Made by a program: the position numbers and the translations under genes. A stretch of DNA of 32,000 bases from Delftia acidovorans NBRC 14950 (GTDB lineage Bacteria > Pseudomonadota > Gammaproteobacteria > Burkholderiales > Burkholderiaceae_C). Positions 26,079-32,000 of the stretch are shown here, piece by piece. The notes beneath the pieces were generated by a model that saw only the letters and a program-made list of their open reading frames with translations, was not told the origin of the DNA and did no database searches. Where the stretch lies: the NCBI RefSeq assembly GCF_001598795.1, contig NZ_BCZP01000008.1, positions 275,156 to 307,155 on the forward strand, in the 5' to 3' direction. Each line of letters starts with the position of its first letter. Within the stretch, counting starts at the first letter, position 1.

Positions 26079-27454
26079 CTCTTCAGCGCCCGCGCCAGCA
26101 CCTCGAAGATCCGCGCATCCGAGCACTGCGCCACATTGAAGCGCAGGAAGTCGCCCACGCTCTGCGACTGGCTGAAGGCATTGCCGGGCGCCAGCACCAC
26201 GCCATCCTCCAGGCAGGTGCGTGCAAGCGCCGTGGCATCCATGCCCCCGGGCAACTGGCACCACAGGAACATGCCGGCCTGCGGCACCAGCCAGGGCTTC
26301 ATGCCCAGGGCCTGCAGCCGCGCGGCCGTGCGTTCCATCTCCTGCGCCAGCCGCAGCCGCACGGACTCCATGTGCCTGCGGTAGCCGCTGTCGGTCAGCG
26401 TGCGCAGCACGATGTCGGCGGCCATGCGCCCGCCGCCGAAGTTGGTGGCGATCTTCAGGTCCGCCAGGTCCTGCGTCCAGTCGGGCCGCGCCGCGATGAA
26501 GCCGCAGCGCAGCGAGGCCGACACCGTCTTGGAGAAGCTGCCGATCTGGATCACGCGCGACAGGCCGTCGAAGGCCGCCAGCCGGGGCGCCGCATGGGTC
26601 TCCAGGTCGCAGAAGATGTCGTCCTCCACGATCACCAGGTCCGAGCTGTCGGCCAGCTTCAGGATGCGGTGCGCCACCAGTGGCGACAGCGTGGCGCCCG
26701 TCGGGTTGTGGATGGCCGAATTGGTGATGTACAGGCGTGGCGAGTGGGCCTGCAGCGCGTCGGCGAACCGGGCCACGTCGGGCCCCTGCGGCGTGTAGGG
26801 CACGCTCACGGCCTGCACGCGGTGCGCCTTGAGCAGCGCATGGAAATTGAAATAGCAGGGGTCGTCGATCAGCACCGTATCGCCGGGCTCCAGCAGGAAA
26901 CGGCAGACCAGGTCGATGGAGTGCGTGCCAGACTCCGTCAGCAGGATCTGCTCGGGCGAGGTCTCCAGCCCCATGGCAGCCATGCGCCGCGCCAGCAGGC
27001 GGCGCAGTGCCGGGTGGCCCAGCGGCGTTGCGTACTCCGTCAGCTCCAGCGTGCCCGAGCGTGCCAGGGAGCGTAGCGCGCGGCGAACGCCTTCCTCGTA
27101 CAGCCATGAAGGCGGCAGCCAGCCGCAGCCCGGCTTGAGCGCGTGGGCATCTGCCTGCAGCGACTGGCGGGCCAGCCACAGGGGGTCGACTTCCCTGTCC
27201 ACGCGCGGCCCGATACCGCCCAGCGCCAGCGGCGCCACCGGCCCCGCCACATAAAAGCCCGAGCCCGGGCGCGAGGCGATCACCCCCTCGGCCGCCAGCC
27301 GCTCATAGGCCTCCACCACCGTGGACACCGACACCTGCATGGCTTGTGCCTGCGCGCGCACCGAGGGCAGGCGCGTGCCGGGCAGGTAGGTGCGCGCGGC
27401 GATGCGCGACTGGATCTCTTCCATCACCGCCTGGATGCGTGTGCCGCTGCGCAT
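26075..27454 (-). CDS. MocR-subfamily GntR regulator (winged HTH fused to a PLP-dependent aminotransferase-fold domain)
   Basis: Start at ATG 27454. GntR HTH: YLPGTRLPSVRAQAQAMQVSVSTVVEAYERLAAEGVIASRPGSGFYV. Aminotransferase class I/II-like body, with the PLP-lysine context GSFSKTVSASLRCGF. Confidence 0.9.
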   Translation of the reverse strand: MRSGTRIQAVMEEIQSRIAARTYLPGTRLPSVRAQAQAMQVSVSTVVEAYERLAAEGVIASRPGSGFYVAGPVAPLALGGIGPRVDREVDPLWLARQSLQADAHALKPGCGWLPPSWLYEEGVRRALRSLARSGTLELTEYATPLGHPALRRLLARRMAAMGLETSPEQILLTESGTHSIDLVCRFLLEPGDTVLIDDPCYFNFHALLKAHRVQAVSVPYTPQGPDVARFADALQAHSPRLYITNSAIHNPTGATLSPLVAHRILKLADSSDLVIVEDDIFCDLETHAAPRLAAFDGLSRVIQIGSFSKTVSASLRCGFIAARPDWTQDLADLKIATNFGGGRMAADIVLRTLTDSGYRRHMESVRLRLAQEMERTAARLQALGMKPWLVPQAGMFLWCQLPGGMDATALARTCLEDGVVLAPGNAFSQSQSVGDFLRFNVAQCSDARIFEVLARALKS

Positions 27455-27577
27455 GGCTGCTTTCTCTTCTGTAGTGGATTTGTGTGCATAACAGTTCTTT
27501 TGAATTGTATTGGACTGTCTATGGAAGATCCGGCCGTGCAATGGCCCACTGCCTGCTGCAAACCAAGGAGCTTTTTG

Positions 27578-28441
27578 ATGGACAAGACAAGCAGCGGGTG
27601 GATCAACGGATTCATCGGCGTGGCGATCTTTGCGGGATCGCTGCCGGCCACCCGCGTGGCGGTCGCCGACCTGGACCCCACCTTCCTGACCTGTGCGCGT
27701 GCCAGCATCGCGGCATTGCTGGCCCTGGCCATGCTGCTGGCGCTGCGCCAGCCCCGGCCCGCGCGTGCCGACATGCCTTCACTGGCGCTGAGTGCGCTGG
27801 GCGGCGTGGTGGGCTTTCCGCTGCTGACCGCGCTGGCGCTGCAGTACGTCACCTCGGCGCATTCCATCGTCTTCGTGGGCCTGCTGCCCCTGTCCACGGC
27901 GGTGTTTGCCGTGCTGCGCGGCGGCGAGCGCCCGCGCCCGGCGTTCTGGCTGTTCTCGCTGGCGGGCGCGGCCTTCGTGGCCGGCTATGCGGCCGTGGGC
28001 GGGGCCGGGGGCTCGCTGCGCGGCGACCTGCTGATGCTGGCCGCCATCATCGTCTGCGGCCTGGGCTATGCCGAGGGCGCGCGCCTGTCGCGCACGCTGG
28101 GCGGCTGGCAGGTCATCAGCTGGTCGCTGGTGCTGGCCCTGCCCGTCATGCTGCCGGCCGCCCTGCTCAGCATGCCGGCATCGCTGGCCGATGTGGGCCG
28201 GCCCGCATGGCTGGGCCTGGCCTATGTCTCGCTGTTCAGCATGCTCATCGGCTTCGTGTTCTGGTACCGGGGCCTGGCCCAGGGCGGCATTGCGGCCGTG
28301 GGCCAGATCCAGCTGCTGCAGCCCTTCATGGGCCTGGGCCTGGCGGCCCTGCTGCTGCACGAGCAGGTGAGCTGGGGCATGGTGCTGGTCACCATGGCCG
28401 CCGTGGTCTGTGTGGCCGGGGCGAAGAAGTACGCGCGCTGA
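27578..28441 (+). CDS. EamA/DMT-family transporter
   Basis: Start at ATG 27578 with AAGGAG 7 nt upstream. MDKTSSGWINGFIGVAIFAGSLPATRVAV... 10-TM pattern. Divergent from the MocR gene, which is a common pairing. The rest of the 432-aa track ORF is a 5' extension. Confidence 0.88.
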   Translation: MDKTSSGWINGFIGVAIFAGSLPATRVAVADLDPTFLTCARASIAALLALAMLLALRQPRPARADMPSLALSALGGVVGFPLLTALALQYVTSAHSIVFVGLLPLSTAVFAVLRGGERPRPAFWLFSLAGAAFVAGYAAVGGAGGSLRGDLLMLAAIIVCGLGYAEGARLSRTLGGWQVISWSLVLALPVMLPAALLSMPASLADVGRPAWLGLAYVSLFSMLIGFVFWYRGLAQGGIAAVGQIQLLQPFMGLGLAALLLHEQVSWGMVLVTMAAVVCVAGAKKYAR

Positions 28442-28450
28442 GCCCGGCGG

Positions 28451-28475
28451 GCGTGGTGCGGGAGCGTGGTGCGGG
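28451..28475. repeat. Direct repeat GCGTGGTGCGGG-A-GCGTGGTGCGGG in a convergent intergenic spacer
   Basis: Two perfect 12-bp copies at 28451-28462 and 28464-28475, followed by a G-run. Confidence 0.8.
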
Positions 28476-28483
28476 GGGGGCGG

Positions 28484-29413
28484 TCAGCGCCCGGCCTCGC
28501 GCATCACCTGCTGCGCGAACTCTGCGGCCGAACCCTCGAACGGCTGGTTGCTGGCCGCCTCCAGCCGGCTGCGGATGGACGGCGCGCGCAGCGCCTGGGC
28601 CACCGCGGCATTGATGCGCTGGGCCAGCGCTGGCGCCATCTGCGGCGGCGCGAACAGGCCGAACAGCGAATCCAGGTTGGCCTGCGCATGGCCCAGCTGC
28701 GCCAGCGTGGGCACATCGGGCAGGGCTGCCAGCCGCTGCGGCGCGCCCACGGCCAGGGCCTTGAGGCGGCCCGCGCGCAGCGCCTGCAGCTGCAGCGGCG
28801 CCACATTGGTGGACAGCAGCTCGAAATGCCCGGCCAGCGCATCGTTGAGCTGCTGGCCCCCGCCCTTGTAGGGCACATGCACGATGGGAATGCGCGTGGC
28901 CTGCTCTATGCGCTGCAGCACGGCGTGTCCCGTCGTGCCCTCGCCCGTGGTGGCCCAGCGTATGCCGCCGGGCATGCCGCGCGCCTCGGCCAGCATGCCT
29001 TCGAAATCTGCGGCCTTCAGCGCCGGCGTGCCCACCAGCAGCATGGGCGTGCGCATCACGCCAGCCACGGGTGTCACGGAGGCTGCGGCCAGGCCCACGG
29101 CGGTGGCGGCGGCAAAGACCAGGGTGCGGCCGTCGGGCGCGCTGCGCGCCAGCAGCTCCAGCGCCACGGTGCCGCTGGCGCCGGGGCGGTTGTCCACGAT
29201 CACGGCCGTGCCCCATTGCTGCGCCAGTTGCTCGGCCAGGGCGCGGGCCACCATGTCGCTGACACCGCCTGCGGGGTAGGCCACCACGATCCGCACGCTG
29301 GCGCCCGGCCAGGCGGGCCGGGCCGCCCATGCCTGGGCGGGCCAGGCCAGCGCGCAGGCGCCCGCCGCCAGCAGGGCGCGCCGGCCGGTATCGGTGCCTT
29401 GCGGTGCCCGCAT
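28484..29413 (-). CDS. Bug-family (TctC-like) substrate-binding protein
   Basis: Twin-arginine-like leader (GRRALLAAGACALAWPAQAWA). VRIVVAYPAGGVSDMVARALAEQL...VDNRPGASGTVALELLARSAPDGRTL. The ATG lies 3 nt after the LysR stop. Confidence 0.9.
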   Translation of the reverse strand: MRAPQGTDTGRRALLAAGACALAWPAQAWAARPAWPGASVRIVVAYPAGGVSDMVARALAEQLAQQWGTAVIVDNRPGASGTVALELLARSAPDGRTLVFAAATAVGLAAASVTPVAGVMRTPMLLVGTPALKAADFEGMLAEARGMPGGIRWATTGEGTTGHAVLQRIEQATRIPIVHVPYKGGGQQLNDALAGHFELLSTNVAPLQLQALRAGRLKALAVGAPQRLAALPDVPTLAQLGHAQANLDSLFGLFAPPQMAPALAQRINAAVAQALRAPSIRSRLEAASNQPFEGSAAEFAQQVMREAGR

Positions 29414-29416
29414 GCC

Positions 29417-30346
29417 TCAGCCGCCCGGCGCCTGGTGGCGCTGCGCCAGCTCGCGCGCCAGGGCGATGAAGGTGGCCGCGGGTCCTGCGCCGCCGGTTTC
29501 CGTGCCGGCCTCGCGGTGCACCAGGGTGAGCGGGGCGCTCAGCCGCACGGCGGGCTCGAAGGCGCGGTAGACCACCGCCTCGGGATGGGCGCCGCGCACC
29601 GAGGCCGGCACGATGGACAGGCCCACGCCCGCCGCCACCAGGTTCACATTGGTCATCATGCGTTCCACCTCGGCGGCCACCTCCACCTGTACCTTGTGCC
29701 GGGCGCACAGCGCCAGCAGGTTCGCATACAGCCCCGGCGCGCCCGTGCGCCGCACAAGGATCAGGCGCTCGCCATCGAGCTGCCTGAGCGCCACGGGCCG
29801 CGATGCATCGCGCGCCAGCCTATGGTCCACGGGAATGGCCAGCAGCGCGGGCTCCTGCAGCAGCGTCTCGAACACCAGGCCTTCGGGCCGGGCCACCGGC
29901 ACGCGCAGAAAGCCGCAGTGCATGCGCCCGGCCTGCACGGCCTCGGTGATCTCGGCGGCATTGTTCTCGCTCACATCCAGCGCAATGTCGGGATGGCGGC
30001 CACGGCACAGGCGCAGCACCTCGGGCGTGAAGGCATGGGCCGCCGCCGAGCTGGTGAAGCCCACATGGATGCGCCCGCGCTCGCCGCGCGCAAAGGCCTG
30101 CATGCGGTCGCGCATGGCGGTGAAGTCGGCCAGCAGCCGCGTGGCCTCGCCCTGCAGCTCCAGGCCCGCGTCGGTCAGGTCCACGCCCTTGGGGTGGCGC
30201 CGGAACAGGGCAATGCCCAGCTCCTCCTCCAGCGCGCGGATCTGCTGCGACAGCGGCGGCTGCTGCATGCCCAGCAGCTCGGCCGCGCGCGTGATGTGGC
30301 CGGTATCGGCCACGGCCAGGAAGTAACGGAGATGGCGCAGTTCCAT
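29417..30346 (-). CDS. LysR-family transcriptional regulator
   Basis: MELRHLRYFLAVADTGHITRAAELLGMQQPPLSQQIRALEEELG is a canonical LTTR HTH. 309 aa. Confidence 0.92.
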   Translation of the reverse strand: MELRHLRYFLAVADTGHITRAAELLGMQQPPLSQQIRALEEELGIALFRRHPKGVDLTDAGLELQGEATRLLADFTAMRDRMQAFARGERGRIHVGFTSSAAAHAFTPEVLRLCRGRHPDIALDVSENNAAEITEAVQAGRMHCGFLRVPVARPEGLVFETLLQEPALLAIPVDHRLARDASRPVALRQLDGERLILVRRTGAPGLYANLLALCARHKVQVEVAAEVERMMTNVNLVAAGVGLSIVPASVRGAHPEAVVYRAFEPAVRLSAPLTLVHREAGTETGGAGPAATFIALARELAQRHQAPGG

Positions 30347-30358
30347 ATATGTGAAAAG

Positions 30359-30371
30359 TATCCAGCCGATA
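30359..30371. promoter_or_regulatory. T-N11-A LTTR-type box TATCCAGCCGATA (dyad ATC-N5-GAT)
   Basis: Lies in the AT-rich 145-bp divergent spacer between the LysR and hydrolase genes. The motif fits the generic T-N11-A pattern only. Confidence 0.3.
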
Positions 30372-30491
30372 TCCTAAAAATCTTTGAAATATTGGACAAG
30401 CCTCTACAGAATCCCATCCAGTCACCGATGCGACCGCTTGCCGCGGCGCGGCAGGTGACTTCCAACAAGAAGCCAAGACAGGAGACAAGAC

Positions 30492-31880
30492 ATGCAAGCA
30501 TCCGCGTATTTCCCCCTGCGTCCCGCCAGCGCCTCGCTGCTGGCCGCGCTCGCCCTGGCCGGCTGCGGCGGCGGCTCGGCCGTGCTGCACGGGCCGGTCA
30601 CCTCCATCGAGACCGCTCCCAAGAGCACGGCCTGCCCTGCCGAGATTCCTGCGGGCATCAGCTGCTGGGCCGGGCAGGACTCCAAGGGCGCCTACTACCT
30701 GATCGCCAAGCCCGCGCAGTGGAACGGCACCCTCGTGCTGCACGCCCACGGCGGCCCGGACCTGGCCGCGCCCACCGCCGACCGTGCGGCCGAAGACCTG
30801 GTGCGCTGGTCCATCATGGTGCGCGCAGGCTACGCCTGGGCCGGCTCCACCTATCGCCAGGGCGGCGTGGAAGTGCGCGCCGCCGCCGAGGACACCGAGC
30901 GCCTGCGCGGCATCTTCCGCCAGCATGTGGCCAAGCCGCAGCGCACCATCCTGCACGGCCAGTCCTGGGGTGCGGGCGTGGCGGCTAAGGGCGCGGAAAT
31001 GTTCAACGAGCAGACCGTGGGCGAGCGCCCCTACGACGGCGTGCTGCTCACCAGCGGCGTGCTGGGCGGCGGCACCCATGCCTATGACTTCCGCACCGAT
31101 CTGCGCGTGGTCTACCAGTACCTGTGCGGCAACCACCCGCGCCCCAATGAGCCGCAGTACGCGCTCAACCTGGGCCTGCCCGCAGACGCCAAGATGCGCC
31201 AGGCCGACGTGGCCCTGCGCGTGAACGAATGCCTGGCGCTGGACAAGCCCGCCGCCCAGCGCACGGCCGCGCAGCAGGCGAAGATCGACACCATCACCAA
31301 GGTCATCAAGATCCCCGAAAGCGCCATCCAGTCGCACATGAACTGGGGAACCATGCACTTCCAGGACATCTCGGCCAAGCGCACGGGCGGCGCCAGCCCC
31401 TTCGGCAACGAGGGTGCGGTCTATGCCGGCTCGGCCGACGATGCCGCGCTCAATGCCGGCGTGCTGCGCTACCGCGCCGACCCTGCGGCCTACCGCAAGT
31501 TCGCCGATGACACCGACCCCTTGGGCAAGATTGGCGTGCCGGTCCTCTCGGCCAAATGGATCAGCGACCCCACGGCCTTCGTGGAGCTGGATGCGCGGTT
31601 TCGTGCGGTGATGCAGCAGGGCGGCAGTGGGGACCGGCTGGTGCAGACCTTTACGCGGCAGGGGACGCACAGCTATATCAGCGATGCGACCTATCCCACG
31701 TTGATGACTGCGTTGATGCAGTGGGTGGAGGCGGGGGTGAAGCCGACTGCGGCGGGGATTGCTGCTGCTTGTGTGGGGAATGAGGCCAAGTTTGGGGTGG
31801 GGTGTAGTTTTGATGCGGCTTATGTGCCGGCTGCGTTGGGGGCTCGGGTGCCTGAGAGGGCGCGGCCTTCTTTGCAGTGA
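30492..31880 (+). CDS. Predicted lipoprotein, alpha/beta-fold serine hydrolase (uncharacterised family)
   Basis: GGAGA RBS 6 nt upstream. Lipobox LALAGC. Nucleophile-elbow motif LHGQSWGAG (G-x-S-x-G). Candidate catalytic His near the C-terminus (RQGTHSY). I cannot name the family. Codon usage changes abruptly in the last ~97 codons (see findings). Confidence 0.8.
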   Translation: MQASAYFPLRPASASLLAALALAGCGGGSAVLHGPVTSIETAPKSTACPAEIPAGISCWAGQDSKGAYYLIAKPAQWNGTLVLHAHGGPDLAAPTADRAAEDLVRWSIMVRAGYAWAGSTYRQGGVEVRAAAEDTERLRGIFRQHVAKPQRTILHGQSWGAGVAAKGAEMFNEQTVGERPYDGVLLTSGVLGGGTHAYDFRTDLRVVYQYLCGNHPRPNEPQYALNLGLPADAKMRQADVALRVNECLALDKPAAQRTAAQQAKIDTITKVIKIPESAIQSHMNWGTMHFQDISAKRTGGASPFGNEGAVYAGSADDAALNAGVLRYRADPAAYRKFADDTDPLGKIGVPVLSAKWISDPTAFVELDARFRAVMQQGGSGDRLVQTFTRQGTHSYISDATYPTLMTALMQWVEAGVKPTAAGIAAACVGNEAKFGVGCSFDAAYVPAALGARVPERARPSLQ

Positions 31881-31890
31881 GCTGGTTTTT

Positions 31891-31913
31891 GACCCTGCCG
31901 GGGGGTGTTTTTT
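31891..31913 (+). terminator. Weak candidate intrinsic terminator of the hydrolase gene
   Basis: GACCCTGCCGGGGGGTG followed by T6 (31908-31913). The stem is short (CCC/GGG plus wobble), so support is weak. Confidence 0.2.
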
Positions 31914-31941
31914 CGAGGCCGGGTCTCGGCCCGGCAGCCGA

Positions 31942-31975
31942 CCTCCTTTTCTTTGATTCGTCAAAGAAAAGGAGG
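31942..31975. repeat. Perfect 15-bp inverted repeat with a 4-nt loop: CCTCCTTTTCTTTGA-TTCG-TCAAAGAAAAGGAGG
   Basis: Verified base by base. AT-rich and unlike the surrounding composition. Pairs an SD-like AAGGAGG with an anti-SD-like CCTCCTT. No U-tract follows on either strand. Confidence 0.85.
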
Positions 31976-32000
31976 CAAAAGAAAGACGACCCGGATGTCC

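Noticed and set aside
28466-30988. 840-aa plus-strand ORF and 714-aa minus-strand ORF (29820-31964) crossing several genes
   Set aside because: Both run through intergenic regions and opposite-strand genes that have canonical LysR, Bug and hydrolase signatures. Their sequences are Arg/Gly/Pro/His-rich nonsense.
31881-32000. tRNA, tmRNA or integrase start at the window's 3' edge
   Set aside because: No cloverleaf-compatible arms exist, and the 15-bp stem is too long for a tRNA arm. The ATG at 31995 is too close to the edge and 19 nt from the SD-like motif. Nothing can be called without more sequence.

Overview
This is a high-GC, gene-dense chromosomal segment. The GC content, the repeated Bug/TctC-type binding proteins and the gene content suggest a betaproteobacterium of the Burkholderiales/Comamonadaceae type, but that is inference only.

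I can support about 26 protein-coding genes and no rRNA, tRNA, CRISPR array, transposase or integrase. In order, the window contains:

- **1-2987:** the 3' part of an NAD-dependent formate dehydrogenase operon (fdsA, 5'-truncated by the window edge, then fdsD).
- **2984-5324:** a LysR regulator divergent from an EamA exporter, and a small membrane protein.
- **5469-7998:** a catB-catC-Bug operon (muconate cycloisomerase, muconolactone isomerase, TctC-type binding protein) with no catA or catR.
- **8183-12262:** a FecI/FecR/FecA-type cell-surface-signalling module (ECF sigma, anti-sigma, STN-domain TonB-dependent receptor).
- **12389-17773:** a divergent five-gene two-component/phosphorelay cluster. 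One strand carries a stand-alone REC, a periplasmic binding protein and a Cache-PAS-PAS histidine kinase. The other carries an excisionase-type HTH-REC protein and a REC-HPt protein.
- **17804-24029:** a second iron module (STN-domain TonB receptor, second TonB receptor, PepSY-TM protein, 65-aa membrane protein).
- **24199-28441:** TetR/MFS and MocR/EamA divergent pairs.
- **28484-31880:** a LysR-Bug tandem divergent from a lipoprotein serine hydrolase.

I found no defence or mobile system. The observations most worth following up are:

1. The fully split phosphorelay, including its unusual N-terminal-HTH response regulator.
2. A roughly 50-bp promoter-like element shared by the two STN-receptor genes, although only one sigma/anti-sigma pair is present.
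3. An abrupt codon-usage break about 290 bp before the end of the last gene, followed by a perfect 15-bp AT-rich hairpin. This may mark a recombination or integration junction near the window edge.

Many long ORFs in the six-frame track are antisense shadow ORFs typical of high-GC DNA, and I rejected them.
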